DNA of 61,312 nucleotides, counting the filler, from Rhizaria sp. SCN 62-66 (lineage: Eukaryota): the NCBI GenBank assembly GCA_001724265.1. It is 3 parts of 3 records of this genome, joined end to end, with 100 filler letters (N's around TTAATTAATTAA, not from the genome) between each part and the next. Parts side by side here need not be neighbours in the genome. Positions count along the whole stretch, not along the records: positions 1 to 29,656 come from MEDY01000487.1; 2 more parts are not named here. One strand, given 5' to 3'. The notes beneath the pieces were generated by a model that made no database searches, had not been told where the DNA came from, and saw nothing but the letters and a program-made list of their open reading frames with translations. The stretch's first letter is position 1; the number at the start of each line of letters is the position of its first letter. This document shows, piece by piece, positions 1 to 11,927 of the stretch. The position numbers and the translations under genes were made by a program.

Positions 1-414
1 GCTTTCAAGCGCGAGTCGCTCAAGAGTGTTGACGTTGCCGACAAGTCTGGCATCAATGCGACTGACGCCATGCTTGCTAAGATTGCGCACTTCCAGAAGA
101 GCAACCTGAAGCCCGCCACCACGCACGACTCCTCCGCGGCGCACCTGACTCTGGCCAAGCTCCTCGTCTCTATTGACCAGTTCGACGCGTCGGCCCTCAC
201 GGCGACGGAGACCAACGATAAGTCCGTCCCCAACCTCGCGCTCGAGGACGACACCGGTGCCGTCCTCGCGGCGAACCCGCTGCTGTCGGCCATCTCCAGC
301 TTCGACAAGGCCTCGCTCGCGGCCGCCGAGACGCAGGACTACTCGGCGCCGCTCTTGGTCGCCGAGAACGATGACGACGAAACTGCTGACGCTGTTGCTG
401 GTGAGGCGTACTAA
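1..414 (+). CDS. 5'-truncated actobindin / beta-thymosin (WH2)-repeat actin-monomer-binding protein
   Basis: Frame is open from base 1. Four repeats: FKRESLKSVDVADKS, FQKSNLKPATTHDSS, FDASALTATETNDKS, NPLLSAISSFDKASLAAAETQDYSAP. These resemble the actobindin/thymosin motif (helix + LKHAETVDKSAP). Ends TAA. Confidence 0.7.
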   Translation, partial: AFKRESLKSVDVADKSGINATDAMLAKIAHFQKSNLKPATTHDSSAAHLTLAKLLVSIDQFDASALTATETNDKSVPNLALEDDTGAVLAANPLLSAISSFDKASLAAAETQDYSAPLLVAENDDDETADAVAGEAY

Positions 415-1579
415 GCTTTCCTGTGTCTCCGACGTATTATCGGTCTCTGTGCCTCTATCTCTCACTTTTGTCTGTCTCCTACTGTAAATCCGTAACGGGT
501 ATATCTCAAACACATGCCCACTTTCTGTGTGTAGCCCACATTATGCGTGCCTAGTTTTTCATTTTAAAACAAACGTCTCACACTGTGTGCGCGCTATGAC
601 TCTTCATTTCGATTTCTTTCTTTTTCAAACTTTATTACGCAAACACTAGCCTTTACGTGCTTTGGTGCACCCGCATCTAGATTATATGTAATAATATTTT
701 TATTGAGAACCTCTCTATTGCTTTAGCCTAATACATAAATGTATTTGCATTTTCATAACCATTCGTAATCTTCCCTGGCACCATATGACTGACCCCGCAA
801 CTCGTGATGTGTGTGCACAACGAAGCTTCGATAGAAGTTGCTGATGCGAGTGATACAACGCATGCAGTTGTGTTGAGTGAATTATTAGATTGTTTGTTTT
901 ATTCATTTTGAAACATGGTAAAATTGACTTGATAAACGATTTTGCTGCTGCTACACAGGCACAAGCAGACATGCACACAATATTAGTGTGTAGCACTGTG
1001 CTAACCTTTGCCCTTTGCTGGTAGTAGCAGGCACGGATGCATGACACCCGCTTACATAGATATAACCTTATTAGGGTAATGAAACAAAGGTATGGACCTT
1101 GTCACCTTCTGAGACGAACTGCACGCATCACTCGTCACACCACTCACACAAAACAACGACATCTCATATCGACTCAACACACACGCGTCGAAAAGCGCAT
1201 GAGTGAATGTAGCAAGGTACGCGAGAGTAGAACAGTCACAAAACACCATCAGAGCTTCACGAAGCGCAGAAAAGACTCATGCGTATACAGTATACGCAAA
1301 GGCAGTTTGTTGCCTGCGCACTCGTTGACAGGAAGCTCGAGACGCAGCTGGCTGCATTCTAGCTCTCTCGGCGACGCTTGACGTGCAGTCATCGTTGTCG
1401 GTGATGTTCTTGATGCTGTAGAGCAGTCGTCACACATCACACACATATATGTAGCAAGCGTGATGTGCGGCGTGCTCCTCAATCAAGTCGTGTGTTGTTG
1501 TTGTTGCAAGTTTTGGCGGCGTTGTGCGTGGCGGTGCACAGTCTCATCTCAGTCACGGCGACCGACCCGCGCCCCCACT

Positions 1580-2491
1580 TCACTCGTTGCCGGCCGTGCC
1601 CGCGGCGGCGGCGGCCTTGGACTCCTCAACCTGGGCGCGGGCCTGCGCGATGGCGTCGTCATACTCCTTGCGCTCACCCATCATGGCCGTGTACTCGGCC
1701 GTGAACTGCGCGTCGAGCGCGATCGTGCGCTGCACCATCTGCTCCAGGTACTGGTACACGCGGTTCTCGTTGGCCTGTGCGGAGAGAGACGGGAGTGAGC
1801 GGCGTAAAAAACAAGAGAGATGCAGGGGAAGTGCGGGAGTCAGTAAGACGGAGGAATAGGGGCGAATAGGAAAAAACCAAAAGCACAGATGAATACAAAT
1901 AACAAATCAACAGTATTATCTCTATCCGAGGATATGTTGCAGAAGGCAAGATGACGATATGCAGGGCAAAAGCGGACGTACAATGAGGCCGGGCATCTCG
2001 CGGGATGCGATAACGATCTTGCTCGAGGGGGCGTGGTAGCGGCGGCCAGCGAGCTTGATGAAGATCTCCTTCTGGTAGGGCGTGAACACGGGGTCGAGGT
2101 CCGCGGTGTTGATGTCGATGCGGGCCTTGATGTGCTGACGCTTGTTGACCATCTGGTGCGCGCCCTCGATCATGGGGACGTCGTAGGTCTCCTCGCACGA
2201 GAGCTTGTGGCGGATCGGCAGGCTCCACTCGTGGGGCTCAGCGAGCACGGGGTACGTCACGAAGTTGTACTCGCGGTAGTGCGGCGCTGCGAATGGGTCC
2301 TGGGACGGGCACGGCTTGGTGGGGGCCGTCCAGAACGCGGGGTAGTTAACGCTCGCGAGGGTGTGGGTGCGCACACTCTCCTCCTGGGCACTGTCGCCAC
2401 CCGTAGAGGTCGAGAATGCGCGCAGCTGGGCAAACGCCGCAGAAGAAGTCTTCACACGGGGCACTCGTGCAAGAAAACGCTTAGCAAGCAT
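1580..2491 (-). CDS. MRPS35: mitochondrial ribosomal small-subunit protein mS35 (MRP-S28/Rsm24 family), 2 exons
   Basis: Exons 2491-1982 and 1774-1580; intron 1981-1775 (GTACGT...CACAG, phase 0). N-terminus looks like a mitochondrial presequence (MLAKRFLARVPRVKTSSAAFAQLRAFSTS). Spliced core IFIKLAGRRYHAPSSKIVIASREMPGLIANENRVYQYLEQMV matches the mS35 'L.G.RY.....I.I...P...N..Y...L' pattern. Ends TGA. Confidence 0.7.
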
Positions 2492-2977
2492 TTACAGACG
2501 GTCAAATGGAGTCACAGCAAACGGTGCTTTTTATGCTCTTCGTCTCACTCTGGCTGCCAACCGGCGCGCGGCTAAACTTTCCCGACCCACAGTCCCGAGT
2601 CCGATCGCTCGAACTCACCACAAACAGTTGATCACACAGGGTTCGAAAAGGGACTAAGCACGATCCTACAAATCGGTGTCGTTCTTCTGCAGTCGTCCTT
2701 ATGCAACTTTTCCGATGAGTGATTTGTCACTAATTGATAATTTTGTACTGCTATTTAAATTTAAGCATCTTCTTTACCGACACAATCGCGGTATTCAAAC
2801 ATCTTTTTCACTGGCACAAGCTCTTGTTCACTGCTTGTGCGAAACCGCACTGCCAGACAGCCTTGCTCACCATGATTTCATCTAAAAACTCACTTTCCTT
2901 GTAGCTCGTCTCTTTTAAACCAGTTTCAACTTCTTTTTACGTTCACTGGAGCCACTTGGCGCATTCCCCGTGGGGTC

Positions 2978-4117
2978 ATGAGTGAGCAGTCGCAGCAGTC
3001 TGCCGAGCAGCTGCAGCGCGAGAACGCCCTCCTGCGCGCTGCTCTCGCCCAGAATAACATTCCTCTCCCCGCTACAGTCCCCTCGGCGACCACTGCTCCG
3101 GCGGCGGCCTCGACGACGACGACGGCGGTGTCACAGGACCCCTTCGCGCGCTCCCGCACCGTCGCCGTCACCACCACGGTGACCTCCCCCGCGGCCGCTA
3201 CGCCCGCGCTCAACGCACTATACGGCTCCGACGCCGCGCGCGAGCTCGCAGACAGCACCGCCACCGCTATCGCCGCTACAAACGGCAACACTACGAGTGC
3301 TGCCGGCGGCGCGGATGCGGCGTGGGAGGAGACGGCTGTGGTGGACGTACCCAAGGACGACTGGTGGGTGCTTGTGCCGCGCCCAGGCGACGCGGCGCCC
3401 GCGGCCACGGCGTCCTTCTTCTCGCGCGCTTTCTCGGCGACCGCGGGCGACGGCTCCGCGGCCCCGCGCGGGCCGCTCACCTCGCAGCAGATCCTCGACG
3501 ACCTCGCCAAGCACGCCCCTCCCGCCTACAACGCCGCCGTCGACGGAAACAACATTACTGCCGTCCCCAGCTCTCTGAGCCCGTGCTCTACCGCGGCTGG
3601 CGCCTCCGGCGGCGGCGACGTGCTGGCGGCGAGCGGGCTGGACGCGGACTCGGCATACGTGGTGGTGGACGACCGCGAGCTCCGCGAGTCTCTGGCGCGC
3701 TTCGTGCTCGACACCCTGACGGCGATCCCAGAGGCGCGCGGGCTCAGCGAGGAGGAGGTCCGCGGCGCGCTCAACATCGCCCTGGCGCAGGCCTCGCACG
3801 GCGACGCACAGACCGGCGGCGGCGCGGCGCGCAAGGTGACCATCGATCTGCGCGAGGCCCTCCGCAACGCAGGCTCGCACACCGGCAACGGCAGAGGCGC
3901 GGGCTACCGGCGCGAGAGCGGGGCCACGGGTGCGCAGCGGCTCGCGCCCCGCGTGCGCGGCGTTTTCTCGGGCACGATGAGCGTCTGGAGTGCGCTCACC
4001 AAGATGTGGGGCTGGGGCGCAGTGACGTACCAGATCTACAAGAACCCCGTGTGCAACAAGTACATGCTCACCTGGGCATACAACACCATGTCCTGGGCGC
4101 TCTTCCTCATCCTGTGA
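2978..4117 (+). CDS. hypothetical protein, 379 aa, with a conserved-looking C-terminal domain
   Basis: ATG-initiated GC3-rich ORF flanked by AT-rich DNA. The C-terminal segment YVVVDDRELRESLARFV...WGWGAVTYQIYKNPV recalls an uncharacterised family I associate with plants and SAR protists (from memory, unverified). Ends TGA. Confidence 0.75.
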   Translation: MSEQSQQSAEQLQRENALLRAALAQNNIPLPATVPSATTAPAAASTTTTAVSQDPFARSRTVAVTTTVTSPAAATPALNALYGSDAARELADSTATAIAATNGNTTSAAGGADAAWEETAVVDVPKDDWWVLVPRPGDAAPAATASFFSRAFSATAGDGSAAPRGPLTSQQILDDLAKHAPPAYNAAVDGNNITAVPSSLSPCSTAAGASGGGDVLAASGLDADSAYVVVDDRELRESLARFVLDTLTAIPEARGLSEEEVRGALNIALAQASHGDAQTGGGAARKVTIDLREALRNAGSHTGNGRGAGYRRESGATGAQRLAPRVRGVFSGTMSVWSALTKMWGWGAVTYQIYKNPVCNKYMLTWAYNTMSWALFLIL

Positions 4118-4587
4118 GGGAACACAGGGGATGTGTGCGCACAATGTATAACCAACCAAAAATAATGCTTATATTCTGTTCTATTGCTCTCTGTTCTGTA
4201 CTGTTTGACCTCGAGCAGTGCTGCTTGTTGTTACACTGCTGTTCTAGAGTTACTAGTCAATCGTTTTTGCATTTGTTCGTTAAAAAAACCATTATTCAAA
4301 TAATAATACACAGTTATATTTTCCACTCATGCCTGTATATGAACCATCGGGGCTAAAGTCAGCTATATGTTATGTTTGCACTTGCAGTCACACTCGGTGA
4401 TGACTCCCGCGACTGCCAACGGTAGAGGAGAAACGACTGATGGGGAACTTTTTTGAAGTTGTTCGCGACGAAAGATCCGTGTGAGAGTGTGCACGTTACA
4501 CCCCGTGTGAGTCAATAGTAAAACACTGTATTTCCTCTTTTACAGTGCGACCTGCGAGTATCAGACCCGTTTTCTGACGTCTCTGCC

Positions 4588-5630
4588 ATGTCGGACACCA
4601 CTATCCAAGCCAAGGTTCGTCTCCCCCTCCTTTATCACCTTACAGTGCTTTCAAAACGGCATATGAAGGAGGTCCACTGACGTATTTGAGTCTTTCACTT
4701 GCCATTTCTTTCTATTTAGCTTGCGGCGATCAACCGCGCGCTGGTAATCGACGGCGTCCTGGACGTTTCCACCATCAAGCCGCTGGGCTGCACGCGCTTC
4801 ATCCACTTGTTGCGCGACGTCTTCACGCCCCCACAGGCGCAGGCGGCGGCCAAGTCGCTCACCAGCGTCGTGCTGCGCGACTCGTTTATTGGTGACCAGG
4901 GTTTTGTGCAACTGCTGCACGTGCTGGCGCACTTCCCGCCCGCGGCCGTCGCGCGCCTCGACCTTTCGGGCTGCTGGCTCTGGCCCGCCTCAGTGGCCGG
5001 GCTCTTCCGCTTCGCGCCCACAGACTTTATCCCCGCGGCCACCATTGCGCCGCCCTGCGCGCCGGTGTTTCCGCTTGCGGCTGTGACCGAGCTCGACCTC
5101 AGCAACAACCACCTGGGCGACGAGGGCGTCGCATACCTCTGCACCGCCATCTCACAGGTACGACTGCTGACGTTTCACACTCGATATTTCTTCATTACAT
5201 AGACGCTATTAAAGGCTTATTTGAAATATTAGATTTTTAATTGTTAATTGTGTAACATGGGTCTCCGTTTGTTTTTGAAATAATCTATTATCTCTTGATA
5301 CGGCGTGTTTTGTGCTTCTAACGTTTCTCTCTTCATCGTTTGTTCCTCTCCGCTGATTCAGGGCTGCTTCCCTTCGCTGACGGCACTGCTGCTTGACAAC
5401 AACAACATCACCGACACAGGCGCCACTCTCCTTGCTAACACGCTTTCCTGCTTCCTCCCGGCGCTGGCCTCGCTGTCGCTGCGCAGTAACGCGCTCTCAG
5501 ACACCGCTGCCAAGGCCTTCCTGCGCGTCCTGGGCGGCCCTGACCTCCTCTCGCCGCTGCCGGAGCTCGCGCCCGTCGCTGCAGAGCCCACCGAGCCCGC
5601 CGCACCGCCCCCGCGCGGCGTCGCCCGCAG

Positions 5631-5661
<31 letters not shown>

Positions 5662-6831
5662 GCTGGTGGCGCCGCCGCTGGTGGCGCTGGCGCTGCTGCT
5701 GCCGGCGCGGCCTTAGACGCTGCTGGCCGGCCAGTTTCCCGCAACCAGTCCATTGAGCTGCCCTCCGCGGGCTCCCCGCAGCTCCCCGCCACCCCCGCCT
5801 CCTCCGCCGGCGCGCCTGGCGCTGGCGCTGGCTCTGCTGCCGCCGGCGCTGCTGCTTCTGCTGCCGGCGCCGGAGCCGGCGCTAGCGGCGCGGCCAGGCC
5901 GTCCCGCGCGGCAGCCGCCGCCGCAGCTGCCGCGGCAGCCGCCGCGGCCGCTGCGGCGCAGTCGCTGGCGACGGGGTTCGCGAACGAGGGCGCGCTGCGC
6001 GCCGCCGTTGCCGCGGCCCAGGAGCAGGCTGCGCTGGTGACACCCGCATCCGTCGTGCAGCATGTGCTGACCGCCCTCATCCCCTTCGCGCTGCCGCCCG
6101 CCGCCGCCAACACCAGCACGAACAGCAACGCCACCCAGCAGCAACAACAACAGCAGCAACAACAGCAGCAGCAGTGTTCGCAGCAGCTCTGGTTCTGTGC
6201 GGCCTCCACCCCGATCGTCCCGCGCCGCGACCTCGCCCTGTCCGCACTAGACCTCGACGGCAACGCCCTCACGGGCAGCGGCGTCGCCGCGCTGCTTGCC
6301 GTGGCCGCGGCGACGCCCTGCATGCGCTCACTCCGAGCCGAGCCACAACAAGACGGCGCCGTGTACCGGACTAGCAGTGCCGCAGCGAGCACGGATGCTA
6401 GGAACAAGAAGGCGGCGAGCGCGCATGCCCTGACGAGTAACGTCACGAGTTCCGGCGGCGGCGTTGACGTGAGCTGCGTGGACCCGCGCACGGGCGTCGT
6501 GAGCTACCAGCGGCTTATCGATGACGTCCTCTCGGAGCACAAGACCACTGCCGCGAGCAATTACACCGGAGGCTGCTCTACTGCGAGCACGAGCGCGAGT
6601 GCGAGCGCTGAGGCCGAGGGCAGTGGCGGTGAGAGCGCGAGCCTGGGCCGCACGGCGCGCGCGCTGGCGCTGGCAGCGGGGCTGCACCCGCGTCTGGGCC
6701 GGGGCTCGGCGCTGTCGGTCCTCACGCAGGGCGTCCCCGGTCCAAGTGGCTCCTCTGCAAGTCCCCTGCGCGGGATGAGCGAGGCAGAGCTGGTGCGGCT
6801 TGTGGCCGACCTGCGCGCCCTCGTCGCGTAA
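4588..6831 (+). CDS. RNI-like leucine-rich repeat protein, 3 exons
   Basis: Exons 4588-4614, 4720-5157, 5362-6831. Introns GTTCGT..TTTAG and GTACGA..TTCAG, both phase 0. LRR motifs: VTELDLSNNHLGDEGVAYL, LTALLLDNNNITDTGATLLA, LASLSLRSNALSD, LSALDLDGNALTGSGV. Ends TAA. Confidence 0.8.
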
Positions 6832-7272
6832 GCGCGGTGCGAGTCTGCCGCCATGTCAGTCAGATCAGATGATGATGCTGTGGCTGCATTGGACGTACCG
6901 AGTGCTTTGAGAGTTTTTAATGTGTTACTTAGATAGACTTATGGTATTGTGCTTTTAAGGCATATTTTTTGTTATAAATACAGTTTGATCATGCTTTATC
7001 AATTTTTAGTGTTGCTGCGTCTCGTTGCTAAGTCACAGAATGTATTAGTGCTTGTTATGGCCACACTTGGATGGAGTGTGTTTGTTGGGAATAGAAATAC
7101 AATAATTCATTCAAAAAAGAATTGCGTGTCGTATTGACACTATGTGAAGTAAGTAAGTAAGTTATGTAACTAATATTACTAGTGAAGTCCAGCAAAGAGT
7201 CGGAATCGATAAATCAGATGTCAGAGTCATCACAACAATTAGTGGCAGTGGTGACTTGGTGAAGCGAGGTTT

Positions 7273-10200
7273 TCACACCTTGGTGCCGTCCTCCTTCTTC
7301 TCCTTCTTCTCCTTCTTGCCGCTGCCGCCGAAGAGCGAGAAGAACTTGGTCGCCGTGCCCTCGTCCTCGGTCTCGCTCGCGTCGCCCTCGACCGCCACGG
7401 AGGCCACGTCCTTGTCCTCGTCACCGGAGGTCTTCTCGTCCTTCTTGTCGGCGTACTTCGGAGAGTGCGAGGGCTTGGGCTTGAAGAAAGAGAAGATTGC
7501 ATCCGCGGGAGAGTCGGACTCCCCGTTGGCCTCGGCCTCGGCCTTGGCCTTGGCCTTGGCTTCAGCCTTGGCCCTCGCCTCTGCCTCCTCCTTCGCCCTG
7601 GCCTCGGCCTTGGCCTTGGCCTTGGCCTCCTCCTCGAGCCGCTCCTTCTCCTTCTCTGCCTCCGTCTTGGGCTTGGACTTGAACATTGAAAACAGCGCGC
7701 CCACGTTGGGCACAATGCTGTCCTTCTCCTTCTTCTTGTCGTCGTCTTCGCTGTCGCTTTCGCTGTCGGCCTTCTTCTTGGCGTCCTCGGACGCCTCAGG
7801 CTCGCTGCTATCAAGCTCGCCGCCCTCGTTCGCGTCGTCATCGTCCGCGCTCTTGCCCTTGTTGCTATCCTTGCCGCCGCCGCCGAAGAGGGAGAAGAAG
7901 GCCGTGGCGGGGTTGCGGTGCGCCACGTCGTCATCGCCCAGCTCCAGCTCAACCTCAGGCGCGGGCTCGGCCGCAGCAGCCGCCTTAGGCTTGGTCTCGG
8001 TTTTGGCAGCCACAGCTGCAGCCGGAGCATCGGCGGCAGGGACGGACTTGGGGGAGGTGACCGCGGAGACAGGCTTGTCATTGCTCTTGTTCTGCTCCTC
8101 GTCGTCATCGCGATCACTATTGCTGTTGCTGTTGCTCAGGGTGACGTGGGCGACGCCGGTGACCGAGTGTGCGGCGGCCGAGGCGAGCGAGCTGGATGCA
8201 CTCACCACGCTCACCTCGGTGCTCTTGTCGCCCGCGTGTGCCTGTGCGTCAGAGTCATGGCCGTCATGGTCACCGTGCTCGTCGTCGTCGCTGTGGTGGA
8301 GGCTGTGGCTGCGGTCCTCGTCGTGCCCGACATCGTGCTCGTTGGCGCTGCTGACGTCGTCGTGGTCGTCATCCTCGTGGAACTTCTCCGGGTAGCCCTC
8401 GCGCTTCTCCTTCTTCTCCGCCGCCTCGTCGAGGTCGAACCCTGTCTTCAGCACACCAACCTTGATGCGCCGCTTGGGTACGCTCACCGTCTTGACCACG
8501 CTCACCACGCGCTTGCGCCGCGGCGGCTCGGGCGCCAGCGGCAGCCCTGTCACGCCCTCGGCCCACACCGGCAGCTTCGACGGCAGGATCGCCGCCAGGT
8601 CGCCCGCGGCACCGCCGTCGCCGTACCCGTCGTAGTCGCCGCGCTGGCCGATGCGGCCGCCCCACTCGGTCTTGTTCATGCGATCGCCCACGGCCTTAAC
8701 GCGCTCCGCCTTGCGCTTCTTGGCCAGCACGGCGCGCCGCTCCTTTTCCTCCATCGTGCGGCGCAGCGCCTCTTCCTCGAGCGCCTTGCGCGCCTCGCTG
8801 ATGCCCTTGACGAGGCGCGACCGACCCTTGTTGCCACCAGGCGCCTCAGGGATGTCCACCGTCTCCTCCTGGTACAGCGCGCCGATGCGCAGCAGCCCGA
8901 TCTTCTCGAACGTCTCGGCGTCATAGAGGCGCCCGTTGGAGGCGAGGATGGCGCCCGGGCACGGCAGGCGCTCACGCACGACGAGCGGCATGACAATGCG
9001 GTGCAGCACGCGGCCCGCGAGGTCGGGGAACGGGAGCTGCTCGTCCAGCAGCAGCCGGCCCATCCACTGGCCCGAGTCCGAGTAGACGTTGAGCGCCTGG
9101 TCGACGAAGGACCCCGCGGGTGTGATGATGTCCTCGGGCAGCTCGTAAGGCACGCGCTCAGGCGGCGGGATCACAGTGAAGAAGGCTGCCTCGGCCTCGA
9201 GGATCTCTTGACGCTCGGCCGCGTTGCGGGGCAGCCCCGAAGCCGCGGCCGCCGCCGCCGCGGTCAGCGCCGCGTCGTCCATCGACGGGTGGTTGCCGCA
9301 GTGCATGCACGACGCGTCCCCGTGCGAGTGCGCGTGCGCACTGGGCGCGGGACTGTTGCGCCCCGAGGCCAGCGCGCCGGCGCCGGGACCCAGCCCGGGG
9401 GAGCCGGTGCGGTTCAGCGGCGTGAAGGCGAAGCTCTGGCGCGCCGCTGCGCCGCTGGGCGTGTTGAGGCTCAGTGCGCCGCCGCCGCCACCGCCGTTAA
9501 TGGCGGAGAAGCGCGGGGTCGAAGGCACGCCGGGCGGCAGCGAGGTCACGGACGCGGGCAGCGCAGTCACGGGCACCGAAGACAGGTTCCTGTTCAGGCC
9601 GCCGGAGCTCGCGGCCGCGGTCATCGAGGGGCGTGAGGGCGAGGAGGACATAGTGCTGCCACGCATCGCGCTCGAGCCGGCCAGGTTGTTGCCGCTGCCG
9701 CTGCTCGAGAGCTGGAGCTGCGGCCCGCGGCGCGAGGCCAACGGCGTCTGCGGCTGCCCCTGCTGCTGCAGCTGCGGCGCGGCGGCCGCGGACAGCGACG
9801 CGCGGCGGCCCAGCGGCGTCGTGTGCGCAACGGGGATGGCCGCCGCGGCCACCGCGGCCGCCGAGCCCGCGGGCGCGGTGCGGTCGCTGTTTATGTGCAG
9901 CGCGATGCTCGCGGGCTGCTGCACGAACGACGTGCGCAGCGAGTCGCGGCGCATCAGCGGCGGCGGCGACGCCAGCGCGCTGTCGCCCGCCGCGCTCAGC
10001 GACGCCGCCGCGGGCGCGCCCAGTCGCGAGTTGCCCGACGCAGCCAGAGCGCCCGGGGCGATAAGTGACTGGCGCGTGGTGGTCGAGGGCGCGCCAAGGC
10101 GGCTGGGCGTGGGCACTGGGGCGCCGATACGGCTCATCGGTCCGTCGTACTGGCCCTGGCCAGCGCCGGGCGCGCCGAGGCGGCTGTTGCCGCTGGGCGC

Positions 10201-11326
10201 GCCGAGGCGCGACTGCCCTGAGGCCTGTGCGCCCGCCGCGGGATTGGCGGCGTTGGCGCTGGTAGAGCTCGAGGTGTTAGGGGCCAGGCCAGGCGCCGCC
10301 GCGGCGGGGATGTTCTCCTTGACCTGGGAAACCGCGCGAATTTTGGCGTTGCCCATCAGCGCGGCGACCTAGAGGGCAAAGAGAGAGAAGAGACACGACA
10401 CCAGCAAAAGAGTGAGCACACGTTATACGTAAAACAAAGCTGACTTACAATGATTTAAGTGTTTTGCAACACGATACATACCTGGTTGCGCCAGTTGACC
10501 GCGAACGGCACCTTGTCGAAGTCAAAGATGTAGAAGAGCTTCTGCCGCGGGTTCTGCGGGTTGTCAATGATGAGCTGCACAATCGACGTCTTGGGGTCGT
10601 CGTACGGCGAGAAGTCGAGCGACGTGGCGAACAATACGACCGAGGGGATGAGCTGGAGTCGGCCGTTATTCTTCTCGTGGACCAGCACGAGGTGCTTCTT
10701 GAGCGACACGATGCAGTCGCCAATAAGGTTGCCGTTGATGTCGAGCTGCTTGCACGGCTGCGGGTCGATCAACACGTTGGGACATTTGGGGTAGCCGAAC
10801 TCGTAGTTGGCCGTGTCGAGGAAGCCCGCCGTGACTGCCTGGATGTAGCGACACAACGCGTCGCGGTCCTTGTTCGTGGCTACCACGTTGTTGATGATGG
10901 TCTTGCGCACCGTGTCCTCGAGCTCAAGCAGCACAAAGGCGCGCGGCGACTTGGGATTCTCGAAGCACGAGATGTCGCCGAAGGCGATCTGCTTGACGAT
11001 GGCACGCTGCGAGATGAAGCGGATTACGCCTTCGTCGGGGCAGATAGCCATGATTTGTGGCGCCAGGGAGCGCCCCGGATCCATGACATCACAATAGATC
11101 TGGAAAAAGATGGCTGTGGTAAACGCATACCAAGTGAAATCAGTGAACAGAACAGGGTCGGGGCACGGGGCAGGCCGGGAGGCGAGGGAAGTGAGGAGAA
11201 AGGTGAGTCGGCGAAAGGAAGAAACTCGGCAAGCGAAACGACATGTAGAGCGAGCTTTAGAAGCCAATTTTATAAGTAAACCATGTACGCACCTTTTGAA
11301 GGATCGAAAGTGACCGTTGAAGCCAT
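7273..11326 (-). CDS. ~1253-aa protein: N-terminal tandem PH-like domains, long disordered middle, charged C-terminus; 3 exons
   Basis: Exons 11326-11293, 11113-10482, 10368-7273. Introns GTGCGT..CACAG (phase 1) and GTATGT..TCTAG (phase 0) join track ORFs 10455..11450 and 7273..10356 in frame (3762 nt). The PH-like call rests on beta-strand runs ending in helices (DRDALCRYIQAV; FAVNWRNQVAALM). The first exon is the least certain part. Ends TGA. Confidence 0.65.
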
Positions 11327-11927
11327 GCTTGACGGATGTCTGTGCGGATATTGCACTCACTTTTTTCTCCTTCATGCCTCGTCTCGTCAATTGCAACTCG
11401 CTCGCTCGCCGCGGGCATGAGGTTCCTAAAAAAACACGCTGCGACACCAAGATTTTGCACTAATGTAACGGATTTGTAGACGCGTTGTTGCACTTAGTGT
11501 GTATTTTTTGGTTAAGTGCACATAACTCATAATGATAATTCAATTACTATTTATAAAAGCAGCTATCTACGTCAATACGACATCTTCAAACAGAGACTTC
11601 AGTGACAGTACGCATGCGAAGACAAGCTTGCCACAACAACAGCGGCACATAGGTCGCACACGATCGACATCTAAGCAGATCACAGAGGCACACAAGCATG
11701 TTTGCCAGACGTTCTCTGCTGAAAACACAGTATATCATGTCAAATGGCCCCGAAAAGTAGTAAATCACCACTCATCATAATCACGAGTACAAACCAAATT
11801 ACTAAACCAAATTGCTAGAGTTCTTAAAATAAGCAAGTCGAGACGGACAGAGTCACACAGCGCCCTCTTTTAGTCCGGGCAACTGCCGTCGATTCCGGAC
11901 TCATCGCGTTGCCGTGCTCACACGCGC

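Noticed and set aside
715-1482. Short ORFs in AT-rich intergenic DNA (also 11532-11780, 27505-28025, 45940-46284, 55132-55840)
   Set aside because: They lack the GC3-rich codon bias of real genes and show no motifs; likely UTR or intergenic sequence.
2590-2670. GGTTCGAA resembling a tRNA T-loop (checked as a possible CUA-anticodon tRNA)
   Set aside because: No T-stem pairing, acceptor stem or anticodon arm. No tRNA gene was found by eye in this window.
4397-4440. GTGATGA...CTGA resembling a box C/D snoRNA
   Set aside because: Only ~44 nt between the boxes, no terminal stem and no recognisable rRNA guide; expected by chance.
11100-11375. Alternative first exon MKEKK (11375-11361, GTGAGT donor) spliced to 11099
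   Set aside because: Phase-compatible, but the 11326-11293 exon has a GTGCGT donor matching the local consensus and a more typical intron length. Kept only as a less likely alternative.
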